From contig JBHLMN010000005.1 of the NCBI GenBank assembly GCA_048938105.1, forward strand, positions 209,564 through 273,563: 64,000 nucleotides of DNA, in the 5' to 3' direction. The notes under the pieces are model-generated. The model was not told the origin of the DNA and did not search any database. It saw only the letters and a list, made by a program, of their open reading frames with translations. This DNA is from Promethearchaeota archaeon (GTDB taxonomy: Archaea; Asgardarchaeota; Heimdallarchaeia; Hodarchaeales; Hodarchaeaceae). Each line of letters opens with the position of its first letter. Position 1 is the first letter of the stretch. Below, in pieces: positions 1 to 10,303 of this stretch. A program made the position numbers and the translations under genes.

Positions 1-294
1 ATAGCAAATTTCTTCCACCTTTGCCATGATAGAATTCTCTCCCAGTTTTGGTATACACTCTTCTTCCATATAAATGTAACACCAGTCACCAATTGCAAGT
101 AACCTAGAGTTTACTTCCCAATATTCTTTTTTGATATAATTATATGTCCAAAATACTCGTTCTTCTTCAGGTTCCTTACTCATTGTTGAATTATTAAGAG
201 TAATTGCTAAATTGACCTTATTAGTAACGATGGGGAGGGAGATAATAGTGGAGATCATACATAAAACGATAATATGTGATTTAGTCATATACAT
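1..294 (-). CDS. Secreted metallopeptidase-like protein, 5' part (runs off window); paralog of 52709..54355
   Basis: Manual translation MYMTKSHIIVLCMISTIISLPIV...RVFWTYNYIKKEYWEVNSRLLAIGDWCYIYMEEECIPKLGE aligns with RIFWIWDF...ILAIGKYCYIFMENSCISNLGE of 52709; hydrophobic N-terminus. Confidence 0.75.
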   Translation of the reverse strand, partial: MYMTKSHIIVLCMISTIISLPIVTNKVNLAITLNNSTMSKEPEEERVFWTYNYIKKEYWEVNSRLLAIGDWCYIYMEEECIPKLGENSIMAKVEEICY

Positions 295-669
295 GATATT
301 TCACATAATCCATGAGACACAAATTGAATAAAAAAACATTAATAACATCTAATAGAAAAACTGTAGACTTTTTTAATCCTATAGATTGGTGCAAAATGTT
401 TAATCACTATTCAGAAGGAAAAAAGTGTTCTAATTTAGAGAACAGGCTGTTTCATTCTATAGGACACATTTCTAGGCTTATTGTGATTTATCCTCTAGTA
501 GATAGATAATAAGTATTTTTACAAAAATAATTTTCACATGCACCAAATATGGAAAATGAATCGCATAAGGTTAAATAAACGTGAAGTTGGCTACTTTAAA
601 TCTAAAAATATACTCCTAATTTTGTGTCGAAATATGTGGGAATACATTGAATCTTTGGAAGCTATTACG

Positions 670-978
670 TTATAATGGTAAATAGTGACGTATAGAAGCC
701 ACCAATAATTCAAAATCATCGAATTCAGCACTTCTGAAAGGCTTTAACAATAGTTTTTCCTTATATAGTTGTTCAAATTGTCTTTCTAGATATTGAGAGA
801 TAGCTTGAGTAATAAAATTCTTCTCTGTGACAATTAATACACAGGATACTTCGCGTCCTCTTGCTGTTATTATGTTTTTATCACCGAAAGATATCTGGTT
901 TCGTTTATGATACCAATTATCTGTAGTAATATTTCTTGATATAGAACAGACACATCCAGTATGTCGAAAAAGGCCAGA
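670..978 (-). pseudogene. Start-less 3' gene fragment, longin-like domain, truncated at the repeat site 961-985
   Basis: Open frame ...NQISFGDKNIITARGREVSCVLIVTEKNFITQAISQYLERQFEQLYKEKLL...EFDDFELLV...* with no upstream start codon; upstream stop lies inside the repeat site. Confidence 0.5.
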
Positions 979-985
979 TTACTCG
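961..985 (+). repeat. Intergenic cassette-boundary site (degenerate copy)
   Basis: ATGTCGAAAAA-GGCCAGA-TTACTCG. Confidence 0.6.
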
Positions 986-1070
986 CTAGAATTCAGAACA
1001 GAATCTTTCTCGGTGGTATTCTCTTTTTTCACCTCTCTTCTCATAAACTTCAGAATCATACTTTACTCTC

Positions 1071-1937
1071 TCATATAACCAGTAGAATAGCCCCAAATAC
1101 CATGAATACCATACCAGGTATTCGTTCTTTGATCTCCTCCTTTAAAATTAACTTGGCTAGGAAGGCGGTTACAAAAACTGATAATAATGATGCAGGTTCA
1201 GCAACTGTTACTTCTAATCCTACTATAGCAATTAATAGCATTACATATGCCCATCCATTTGATAGACCAGCTAGAATAATTGTTTTGAGGTTATTTCTAA
1301 AAGCAAGAATGCCATCATAATACCTTCTGGTAAAGATTGCTATTACAAAGAACATTAATCCAGCAAAGAAAAGGATTGAGAAAGCATAAACTCTTGAATC
1401 TATCGTTCTAATGGCATAAGTATCCACTGTTCTTCCAAGAGCTAAAAAGAATGAACCACTTATCATCAATAACGATGCCCTTGATGTTTTTATCTTTTGG
1501 ATTTTTTCGGTAATTTTTCCAGGATATAAGCAGAAAACTCCAATGAACATCGTGATCCCCCCTAATACTCGAAATACTCCTACATTCTCTCCTAGAAGAA
1601 ATAAACCTAACACTAATAACCATAATAGTGATGAATTATAGAGAGGAGCAATTAACGAAGCGTCCTCCTCTGACAAGGCTTTCACATAGGCAAAAAAACC
1701 AAAGGTGTAAATGATAGAACTGATAAATGCGAACTTTAAATCCTCTAATCCTGTAAGAAGTACTTCTATAGGGATGAACACAAAAATTGGTAATAAGAAT
1801 AATGCTCCTGTTAAAAAGAAGATAGCACTGATTATTAACGAATCATATTCTTCAAGTTGTTTTAGAAAAATTCTTTCAGCACCTAACAAAAAGATCCGAA
1901 GTGATAGGGCAATAAATGAAATTATTACAATATCCAA
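1071..1937 (-). CDS. EamA/DMT family transporter
   Basis: 288 aa, about 10 TM helices, two EamA-like halves (ALSEEDASLIAPL; LILKEEI). Confidence 0.9.
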   Translation of the reverse strand: MDIVIISFIALSLRIFLLGAERIFLKQLEEYDSLIISAIFFLTGALFLLPIFVFIPIEVLLTGLEDLKFAFISSIIYTFGFFAYVKALSEEDASLIAPLYNSSLLWLLVLGLFLLGENVGVFRVLGGITMFIGVFCLYPGKITEKIQKIKTSRASLLMISGSFFLALGRTVDTYAIRTIDSRVYAFSILFFAGLMFFVIAIFTRRYYDGILAFRNNLKTIILAGLSNGWAYVMLLIAIVGLEVTVAEPASLLSVFVTAFLAKLILKEEIKERIPGMVFMVFGAILLVI

Positions 1938-2006
1938 ATCAAAATCTTCCTAAAAATCATCAATAAGTCACTAAAAGTTGACATATTAGGATTAGGAAAA
2001 AAAAAT

Positions 2007-2025
2007 CGGTTGCATAAGCAACTAT
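2007..2025. promoter_or_regulatory. Palindromic operator GTTGC-ATAA-GCAAC upstream of the EamA gene
   Basis: cggttgcataagcaactat; near-identical copy at 2992-3010. Confidence 0.65.
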
Positions 2026-2188
2026 GTTAAAAAGCAGTAATAAATGTCAACCAAAGCTTCTTAAAGGGGAATAATTTCTGATTAAGTTATAAAAAATTGT
2101 CCATTTGAAAATTACTTACTATATGGCCATGCCTGTGATAAAATAATGATGTTACGTGGCTAAATCGGCAATCAAAGATGCTAGGAAT

Positions 2189-2878
2189 TCAATTCTCGGC
2201 TGAACTTTTCTTTAATAAAAGATATGGCATTAAGGATGTGAATAACTTGTTTTCTGCTTTTCGTAAAGTCTTTTCAACAGCATATCTAGAAACCTTAAAT
2301 TCGTCCGCAAGATCTTGAGTTCTAATTCTCCGTGGAATTTCATAATAACCTTTTTCAAAAGCTCCAATAAGAATCAATAGTTGATGTACAGTCAAATCGC
2401 TGGTTAATTCTGCTATAGAAATCATTTGGGAGGGAAATATTCCTTCAGATTCTAATTCCTTTATGGAAATAATCTTTGTTTTGGGATATGTTTGCAATAC
2501 TTGTACCACTGAGGATAAAATGGAGTTATCTAAGCATACGATTTGATAATGGCTCCATCCTCCCGAATATCTTATTGGATAAATCGATATACCTCCCTGT
2601 TGTTGAATCTGTGAATTAATTGTTTTATCACAAAGACATTTCATACTAATATACGAAATTGTTGTCGGATTACTATCAATCGTCGTAATTTTCCAATCAT
2701 GAGTATTTGGATAAAGATTGTTGGCTATTTCCATATTTTTTTCGTTAATCTCACCTGGAATCATTAGTATATCGAATTTTGAATTGCAGTATCCATAAAT
2801 CTCTTTCATTAAGAAGGATTTTGAAAAATTAAGATGAGGAGAATCGTGTTGAATTTTAATCCGGAGTTCTATTACCAT
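2189..2878 (-). CDS. Bat-like HTH_10 transcriptional regulator
   Basis: C-terminal LTVHQLLILIGAFEKGYYEIPRRIRTQDLADEFKVSRYAVEKTLRKAENKL is the HTH_10 pattern. Confidence 0.9.
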   Translation of the reverse strand: MVIELRIKIQHDSPHLNFSKSFLMKEIYGYCNSKFDILMIPGEINEKNMEIANNLYPNTHDWKITTIDSNPTTISYISMKCLCDKTINSQIQQQGGISIYPIRYSGGWSHYQIVCLDNSILSSVVQVLQTYPKTKIISIKELESEGIFPSQMISIAELTSDLTVHQLLILIGAFEKGYYEIPRRIRTQDLADEFKVSRYAVEKTLRKAENKLFTSLMPYLLLKKSSAEN

Positions 2879-2991
2879 AAATCAATCCCTATCTAGAAAT
2901 TAATTTTCGATTCAAAAATCATGTCAAAGCGGCAAATCTACTAATTCTAATTCCTTAATCAATAATTATTTTTCAAGACTTGAAAAAAAAG

Positions 2992-3010
2992 CGGTTGCTT
3001 ATGCAACCAT
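2992..3010. promoter_or_regulatory. Palindromic operator GGTTGC-TTAT-GCAACC between the regulator and the methyltransferase
   Basis: cggttgcttatgcaaccat; twin of 2007-2025, both preceded by an A-run. Confidence 0.65.
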
Positions 3011-3386
3011 AATATAAGATTACTTAAAAGATTACATTCAAAAAAAGGTGAAACGTTAATTCATTCTGAGGTGCTGCTGGTTTTTTTAAGGTGAACATAA
3101 TAAGAATTTGAGCTCTCTCTCCTCTCTTTAAGACTGGTTAGATATGAAAAAGGTATAAAAGTGGATTACTGATAATGAAACAGTAAAACAGGACACATAT
3201 ACTATGAACCTTCGCTTTATTAACAAAGATAGGACGGACAGAATGAGAGAAATCTTCAGAATGAATTCTATAATAGGTAATTCCAGAATCAAACTCTAGC
3301 AAATAACACACAAAATTATCATCACTTTCTCTTTTCTCTTACTTCTACGGAAATTTTTATAATGTCACGGAATTCTTGGATTATTT

Positions 3387-4817
3387 ATGTTAAAATTGTC
3401 CATTTTAACCCAACAAGAACAAGATTCAATTCATACCGCTGCGTTAAAGGTATTAAAAACCGTTGGTTGTGAGATTCAAGACAAGAAATGGCTGAGTCTT
3501 TTAGCGAAAAATGGAGTAAAAGTCGATTATACAACTTCGAGGGTTTTTATAACTGATGAAGACATTGTTAACTCCTCACTTGAATCTTGTGGTCACTCGA
3601 TTAAATATGCAGCTAGAGATCCCCAAAAAGATTGGATTATAGGCCAAGGAGTGGCTAAAACCCATACACCAGAAGGTATAACTCATGTCATAGAATTGGA
3701 ATCAAGATGTCACCGAGAAGCCCAATTATCTGATCTAGCAGATATTACAAAAATTTGTGACTTTCTTTCCAATGTCGATGGTATAATTGATCCTGTTGTT
3801 CCTTATGATGTTCCTCCTGCTATACAAAGTGTCATAATAACAAAGACACTGATAGAAAATACAACAAAACCAATTGATCCAGCAGGGATCGCTTTGAAGA
3901 AAGGATTTCCTTTTGTTATGCAGATGCTTACTACTCTCCTTGGAGATCGAGATATATCAGAATACAGCTTAGGTGTTGGTGTTACCGCTACAAGTCCATT
4001 ATTATTTCCATTTGACCAATTAGATACCTATTGGCAAGGAATTGAGCTAGGATCATCCTGTGATGTAGGTTCGATGCCACAGGCAGGATCGACTGCTCCT
4101 GCCTCTCTAGCAGGAACATTAACGTTGTTTGTCGCTGAAATATTAATGGGACTCATTATGGGACAGATAAAAAAGCCTGGATTATCTCAATTTGTATTTG
4201 TACGACCGTGCCTTTCGAATCCACGTTTTGGGATATTTAATTCAGGTCCGCCCGAGGTTGGATTGCTCCAGGCGGCAGCCACTCAATTCTGTAAGGAAAA
4301 ATACGGCCTTCTTGTTAATGCAGGTTGGGGTGTAAGTGATTCCCATTGTATTAGTCCCCAAGTAGCCTATGAAAAATGCTATATTTGGATGATGTCATTA
4401 GCTGCTGGTGCAGATATGATTTCGGGTGTTGGAGGCCTCGGTAGTGGGTTAATATCTTCTCCTGCACAAGTTGTTATTGATGATGAGATTATTGCTCACC
4501 TTAGACGAGGTGTTCAAGGAATTACCGTGGATGATTTCCATTTAGGCGTAGAGATGATTGAAGACACTGGTATCGGGAACACATTTCTTTTTCATCCAAA
4601 AACAAGCCAGATTATTAGGGAAGAATGGCTATTATCTGAACTACCAAGTCGGAATTCTTTTAGTACTTGGCAAAATGCAGGTGCTCTAGATCTAATTAGT
4701 AGAGCAGAAAAGAAGGCAAAAGAAATTCTTGCGAATCATGAGGTAGAAGCATTGGATCCCAGTCTAGAAGAAGATCTTAACTGTATCCTTAAAGAAGCCA
4801 AAAGAACGTTACTATAG
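3387..4817 (+). CDS. Trimethylamine methyltransferase (MttB) superfamily protein, non-pyrrolysine
   Basis: 476 aa; SIHTAALKVLKTVG, SPL, AGSTAPASLAGTL, IDDEI motifs; no in-frame amber codon. Confidence 0.9.
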   Translation: MLKLSILTQQEQDSIHTAALKVLKTVGCEIQDKKWLSLLAKNGVKVDYTTSRVFITDEDIVNSSLESCGHSIKYAARDPQKDWIIGQGVAKTHTPEGITHVIELESRCHREAQLSDLADITKICDFLSNVDGIIDPVVPYDVPPAIQSVIITKTLIENTTKPIDPAGIALKKGFPFVMQMLTTLLGDRDISEYSLGVGVTATSPLLFPFDQLDTYWQGIELGSSCDVGSMPQAGSTAPASLAGTLTLFVAEILMGLIMGQIKKPGLSQFVFVRPCLSNPRFGIFNSGPPEVGLLQAAATQFCKEKYGLLVNAGWGVSDSHCISPQVAYEKCYIWMMSLAAGADMISGVGGLGSGLISSPAQVVIDDEIIAHLRRGVQGITVDDFHLGVEMIEDTGIGNTFLFHPKTSQIIREEWLLSELPSRNSFSTWQNAGALDLISRAEKKAKEILANHEVEALDPSLEEDLNCILKEAKRTLL

Positions 4818-5466
4818 GAAAAGATACTGGACTCTAGAAATAAATTTTAAACCTTACATTAAGAAAATACTTGAAAAACCTAACTTTTCCTTAATCATTA
4901 CTCTTTTAATAAAAAAACCATTTCTTAAACATGATTTGATTGGATGGACTACATAAACCAACTCTAGATGAACACCACTTAATTCATCAAAAAGTGTCTG
5001 AATTCTTCTTATCATGATTAATTGACTTGAATCTTTAAGTATGCAAAAATTAATACTGTTGAAATTTTAGTACTAAATTGAAATCAAGAATAGGAACATC
5101 AGGAATTATAAAACTCTATCTATCCTAGAATTATAGTTGATGTACTTATCTTCTAGCGAATACCATATGGTTAGCCTTATAAAGGAAGAAAGATTACATT
5201 GTAACTGAAAATATAATGATTAAAAATTCGAATAAACCTCAGAATGAAGGAGATATCACAGATATTATAGAAGTACTAGAATTTCTAAATTATGACGGTA
5301 CAATAAGCTTTCATGATATAGATTCCACTGTAGCAGTTCATTAACATACAATATCATTTTTATAGTTAGGAAGGAGCATTTTTGCAGTTATTATCCCTAC
5401 TGATTATGATTTTCAAATATAAATCTCTGGAAAATCCAATCTAGGCTTTCATAGCAGCTATACTCA

Positions 5467-5491
5467 ATGTCAGAAAAAGCTGGATTATATT
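5467..5491 (+). repeat. Intergenic cassette-boundary site (degenerate copy)
   Basis: ATGTCAGAAAA-AGCTGGA-TTATATT. Confidence 0.65.
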
Positions 5492-5628
5492 GTAATGGTA
5501 AATGGTGATACCAAAAGTATTAGGTAAATCTTCTTAAAATTACTCCAGAGGAAATTTAAGAAGCTCTTTGGATTGGTTGTTCTCCTGATGTGAGAATTAT
5601 CACATCATAAAGAGTTTAAATGCTGGAA

Positions 5629-7047
5629 TTAACCAGGGGGGATTAAAATTCTGACCTTTGATCCTTCATTCTTTGTAGCATCAATAAAAATATTCCCACC
5701 ATGTTGATCAACAATACCTTTAGTTATTGTTAATCCTAAACCAAGGCCCCCTGCGCTATAACTTGTTACTCTAGAAATGAATGGGCTATAAACTTTGGAA
5801 ATAATTTCAGAAGGTATTCCCTCTCCATGATCCTGAACAGTAATGTTTAATCCTTTTGTTTGCCATTTTATGATTAGAACTACTGGCATGTCCCCAGGAC
5901 TATGTTTACAAGCATTCTCTAAGAGATTAAAAATAGCTTGGGAAAGGCGATCGAAATCAAAAACTAGTGGAAAAGTGGATTTTAAGCTTGGATCAATACA
6001 AATATCTGGAACAATACGTGAAGAGTAGTTCCAAGTCTTTAGATCATCCAATAATGCAGTCTTAAATTCTTTAAAGGTCACTGGTCGCTTATTTACACTA
6101 AAGATTCCTTTTTCAATCTCAGAAAGAGTATATACATCAGTAATCAGTTTTTCCAAACGATGTACATTTCTGGTAAGAGTATTAAGTATCTTTTTTCCAT
6201 AATCATCATTTTCTTTAGCTTTGTTTAATAAATAAGTACACCCTCTAATTACTGTTAGAGGGGTTCGGAGCTCGTGCGTCGTTACTTCAATAAAGCGATT
6301 TCGGAGTTTCTCTAGCAACATCTTCTCTGTTATATCGGAAAATACGGCAAGAACTCCCCAATGATTTCCGTGTGGGGTCTTCAATGATCCTAATGAGAGT
6401 ATTACTTCCTTTAGAGTCGAATCTGCACAACGTACCCTGATATGGTGAGCAAATGACCCCATGTCTACATTTTCACTGATTTGAGTTTTTATGTCTTCTA
6501 AATCATCAGAGTAAATGAGGTCCAAAATATTATTTACTTTAATTTCATTTTTAAGTTCATAACCTAGCATTTTAGCAAGAAATTGATTTAGATAAAGAAT
6601 ATTTCCATTAGATTCTGCTATTATTACACCAGAGTTAATTGATTTTAAAAATTCACGATTTTGATTAGTAACATTTTCTAATACACTATGTAATTCAACA
6701 AATTCGCTAATATCTTGAATTATTCCATAGATATACTTATTTTCGAAAATACCAACTGTGAATTGAACAGGTATAGTTTTACCATGATGAGATACCTCTA
6801 GCCTTATTGACTTTGGTTTGCTTTCATCTGAAATGGTCGAAGCGAGTAATTCTCCTTCCTGAACAAATATACTGCCTATTTTTCTGCCACGAATCTCATC
6901 AAAATCAGACACTTGGTGGAGTTCATTAAATATATCATTAGCCCAAACTAATACTCTTGTGTCCAAATCCTGAACATAAATCGCATCTTTAGATTCTTTA
7001 AGTATTCTCTTGAAAATCTTATATTCTGTTAGAGATACTTGATTCAC
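5629..7047 (-). CDS. PAS-domain sensor histidine kinase
   Basis: Two PAS-like regions, H-box THELRTPLT, N-box NLLENACKH, G boxes DHGEGI and GLGLGL. Confidence 0.95.
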   Translation of the reverse strand: MNQVSLTEYKIFKRILKESKDAIYVQDLDTRVLVWANDIFNELHQVSDFDEIRGRKIGSIFVQEGELLASTISDESKPKSIRLEVSHHGKTIPVQFTVGIFENKYIYGIIQDISEFVELHSVLENVTNQNREFLKSINSGVIIAESNGNILYLNQFLAKMLGYELKNEIKVNNILDLIYSDDLEDIKTQISENVDMGSFAHHIRVRCADSTLKEVILSLGSLKTPHGNHWGVLAVFSDITEKMLLEKLRNRFIEVTTHELRTPLTVIRGCTYLLNKAKENDDYGKKILNTLTRNVHRLEKLITDVYTLSEIEKGIFSVNKRPVTFKEFKTALLDDLKTWNYSSRIVPDICIDPSLKSTFPLVFDFDRLSQAIFNLLENACKHSPGDMPVVLIIKWQTKGLNITVQDHGEGIPSEIISKVYSPFISRVTSYSAGGLGLGLTITKGIVDQHGGNIFIDATKNEGSKVRILIPPG

Positions 7048-7260
7048 AATAGGCTCATCCTAACATTAACAGCTTGAAGTGAGTTTGCACTAATCATAAG
7101 AATCAGTAAATTTATAATTTAACTTCTTTTTTGACAAAATAATTCGTCAATAAAGACTAATACAACTAATAATATAAAAAAATATTATTTTATAATTGGA
7201 GATCCAACGATCATTTATACCGTTAATTTAAGATCTAAAATAATGGGTGTTTGTTAATTC

Positions 7261-7830
7261 GTGGCAATAATTGCAAAAATCTGCTTATGTGGCGATGGGG
7301 AGGTAGGAAAAACGTCGTTACGTAATAGATATTTAGGCCGAGGCTTTCAGAGTGATTACTTGCCAACTCTTGGTTCAGATTTTGTATCAAGAAAGGTTAT
7401 GATAAAAAGTAGTTCAGAATCTAAAGAGATTCGTTTTCAAATCTGGGATCTAGCCGGTCAACCAGCATTTAATCAAATTAGGCCCCTTTATTTTAAGCAA
7501 GCTGTAGGTTCCCTACTTATATTTGATATTACTAGACCAAAAACATTATACAATTTAGAAAGATGGGTGGATGAACTCAACCAGAATTCTGGTTGTACAA
7601 AAATGGCAATAATTGTACTTGGCAATAAATCGGATTTAAAGGATGGAAGTACAAATCAGGTTACAAGAGAAGAGGCAAAAAAGTTCATTAAAAACCAGTT
7701 AACAAATCAATCTTATAATTGCATTGATAATACAATACCTTTTTTCGAAACTTCAGCAAAAACAGGTGAAAATGTTAATCAAGCATTCGAAGAACTAGGA
7801 TTAAAAATATATTCAAATTTTTATTATTGA
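7261..7830 (+). CDS. Rab-like small GTPase (Ras superfamily)
   Basis: G1 GDGEVGKT, G2 YLPTLG, G3 WDLAGQ, G4 NKSD, G5 ETSAK; no C-terminal prenylation cysteines. Confidence 0.95.
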   Translation: MAIIAKICLCGDGEVGKTSLRNRYLGRGFQSDYLPTLGSDFVSRKVMIKSSSESKEIRFQIWDLAGQPAFNQIRPLYFKQAVGSLLIFDITRPKTLYNLERWVDELNQNSGCTKMAIIVLGNKSDLKDGSTNQVTREEAKKFIKNQLTNQSYNCIDNTIPFFETSAKTGENVNQAFEELGLKIYSNFYY

Positions 7831-7832
7831 CA

Positions 7833-7904
7833 ATGATAAAGATTTGCTGAATAATAGAACTACTGAACAAAATTTCCTTATGTGGAGAAGGAGGTGTGAG
7901 AACA
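7833..7904 (+). pseudogene. Decayed fragment of a second small-GTPase N-terminus
   Basis: KISLCGEGGVRT (7869-7904) vs KICLCGDGEVGKT of the upstream gene; in-frame stop upstream. Confidence 0.5.
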
Positions 7905-8315
7905 ATTTTCCCTATGATGTATATTTCTCTTACCTTATTTTTGGACTATCTTAACAAAAACGTATTTAAATCTGAATTCTAAATTAAATGATCGGTTCTA
8001 CAGAGGAATTTTCAATTTTGTTGTGAGAAGACAATAGCACGTTTCCCCAAAGGGTCTGAACTTTGGAAACACTAAGTTTTTTCCTTTGATAATATGATTC
8101 TTTATACTTTGCTATATCCTTCAGTTGATTGGGAAGTAATTGATGCCTATAAAACGCAATGATTATCGGATTAGTGGTGTCATGCAACTTCTAGCATCAC
8201 TATTCCAAGGTCATCATATCAAGGGAACCAGAGAAATAATTTCTAAATCTGATCATCTTAAGTAATGAAGAAATAGCATCGCACAATCTGCCCTATATTG
8301 TTGCTAGACATCCCA

Positions 8316-8340
8316 AGTTCACAAAAGGCTGGATTAACAC
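8316..8340 (+). repeat. Intergenic cassette-boundary site
   Basis: AGTTCACAAAA-GGCTGGA-TTAACAC. Confidence 0.9.
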
Positions 8341-8369
8341 AAACAATTGGTAAAGAAAACAATAATAAA

Positions 8370-8945
8370 TTAGATTTTTTTGATTGCTTTTATGAAGAAC
8401 CATTTTTCATGATTTTCTGTAATCTCAATGTGAAAATTGGTTTCAACGAGTGTTTTTTTTATTTCTGCTAAACTACGATTCTTTCCTCTTGAACCATAGC
8501 CTGTTTTAATTTTTTTACCATTAGGTAGGATGATTTCTAGTTTTATAAGAAATAAATCTTTGTCATTAGATATTTTTGCATCCCAAATCCAAAATTCTCC
8601 GTTATTCTTTAAAACACGATACACCTCTTCACATATTTTTCCAAAGGTCTCCATAGACATATACATTCCACTGAAAAATGTTGTAGCATTGTCAAAATGA
8701 CCATCAGAATAAGAAAGATCAGTTGCATCAGCCAGAATCCAGTTTGCAGTTGGAGCATTAGGTTTTGCCTCATCAATTTCGTGCTGATTCTTGTCTATAG
8801 CAGTAATTCTTTCATTTCCTATTTGGGCAATAATTCCTTCCCCACCTCCTCCGATATCAATCACTGAACCATCTGGAATTGAATCAATAGTAATTTTGTG
8901 AGATGGTGTGAGAAAATACTTAATATATGGTATATATCTGCTCAT
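8370..8945 (-). CDS. Class I SAM-dependent methyltransferase
   Basis: VIDIGGGGEG motif I, ADATDL, RVLKNNG. Confidence 0.9.
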   Translation of the reverse strand: MSRYIPYIKYFLTPSHKITIDSIPDGSVIDIGGGGEGIIAQIGNERITAIDKNQHEIDEAKPNAPTANWILADATDLSYSDGHFDNATTFFSGMYMSMETFGKICEEVYRVLKNNGEFWIWDAKISNDKDLFLIKLEIILPNGKKIKTGYGSRGKNRSLAEIKKTLVETNFHIEITENHEKWFFIKAIKKI

Positions 8946-9339
8946 TATTTCTCACACTGGGTATTTTACAAACATACAAAGTTGTGTATGAAATTTACAG
9001 AAGTATCTTTTATAGTTACTCTTTCCTGCAAATTTCGTTCAACATGGAATCATGGATTGGTTAATGGATGATTGGAATAGTAATTAGTAGTATTGGGTAT
9101 TCTTGGGGTGTAACTACAAGAAAGCTGACTAGGCAATAGCTTTACGACTAATTTATCAGTTGATATCAAAAATTAAATCGGATATTCCAATATGACGGGA
9201 GGATATATAAGTAAGAAAGTTTTTCAAGACATTCCAATCTAAAAGGCCAAATTATGTAAGAATCTTTGAATGGATACCAAAAATAAATAGCAAAAATGCA
9301 TAAATAAATAGCAAAAGTAGAGAGAAGTAGGAAACTTCA

Positions 9340-10209
9340 ATGGTATTATTTGATATAATTTGGACAGAACTACTGAGAGATCTGTTTCCATGGGCAGTTG
9401 ACGCTTTCAAACTGATTACAGAACTTGGATCGAGCGCTATTTATCTAGCAATAATTTTAATCATTTTTTGGGGGATCGATAAAAGATTAGGTATGGTAAC
9501 CACTTTTGTTTATATCGGTTCTTCTATATTAAATTATTGGGTCAAAGCCATTTTAAAATATCCTCGACCAGCTCCCAGTCAGTGGTTAACTAGTGCAGCG
9601 AACTATAGCCTACCTAGTGGACATGCCCAAAGTGCAACCACGTTCTATGGCTGGCTTACTCTAAAAATTAACAGATGGTGGATGTTTATTATTGGAACAA
9701 CTTTGATCATCCTTGTTGGGATTTCACGTATTTATTTAGGAGTACATTGGCTAGGAGATGTGTTACTTGGCTGGGGAATTGGAATAGTGATTATCATATT
9801 GGTTTGGCGCTTTGAAAATCCTATTAGTGATTATCTCTCCAAGTATAATACCTATCATCTATACATAGGCCTTGTGATTTTAGGAGGAATCGCTATGGTT
9901 CTTACTGAATTAATGCTCCCTGTCCCCACTGATAATTTTGGTGGCAGTGTAGGAATTGTTATTGGCATAGGAATTGGTTTAGCCCTTGAAAAGAAATTTG
10001 TAAACTTCACAGTTAAAACTCCAGAAAAAGAGACATGGAAAATCTTTTTACGTATAAGTATAGGCTTAATCTTAGTCCTAGTTGTCTATTATGGTACATC
10101 TTTATTCTTAAGTTCTGAAGATGTTTTAACGGCAGCTCTTCTCTATTGTCTTATCGCCTTAGTTGGGGCTTTTGTCTGGCCTTTGATCTTCTCCAAGATA
10201 GACCTTTAG
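9340..10209 (+). CDS. PAP2 family membrane phosphatase
   Basis: KAILKYPRP, PSGHAQ, SRIYLGVHWLGD motifs. Confidence 0.95.
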   Translation: MVLFDIIWTELLRDLFPWAVDAFKLITELGSSAIYLAIILIIFWGIDKRLGMVTTFVYIGSSILNYWVKAILKYPRPAPSQWLTSAANYSLPSGHAQSATTFYGWLTLKINRWWMFIIGTTLIILVGISRIYLGVHWLGDVLLGWGIGIVIIILVWRFENPISDYLSKYNTYHLYIGLVILGGIAMVLTELMLPVPTDNFGGSVGIVIGIGIGLALEKKFVNFTVKTPEKETWKIFLRISIGLILVLVVYYGTSLFLSSEDVLTAALLYCLIALVGAFVWPLIFSKIDL

Positions 10210-10241
10210 ATAAAATTACATAATTATTACCTAATTTGCTA

Positions 10242-10266
10242 ATGTCGGAAAAGGCGTGATTAAGAT
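10242..10266 (+). repeat. Intergenic cassette-boundary site (degenerate copy)
   Basis: ATGTCGGAAAA-GGCGTGA-TTAAGAT. Confidence 0.65.
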
Positions 10267-10303
10267 TATCAATAAATCAAACGTATCATTGAATCACAGG
10301 TGA

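Noticed and set aside
558-582. Very weak site-like sequences at 558, 27087, 40958, 41001, 56928 and 57006
   Set aside because: Too degenerate to call by eye in AT-rich DNA; they need PWM scoring.
1355-1368. TTAATCCAGC as a reverse-strand site
   Set aside because: Lies inside the EamA coding sequence and lacks the second arm.
3387-4817. Pyrrolysine recoding in the MttB-like gene
   Set aside because: Full-length ORF with no internal TAG.
5586-5607. CRP-like TGTGA-N6-TCACA palindrome
   Set aside because: Lies downstream of converging genes, so a terminator-like or chance hairpin is more likely.
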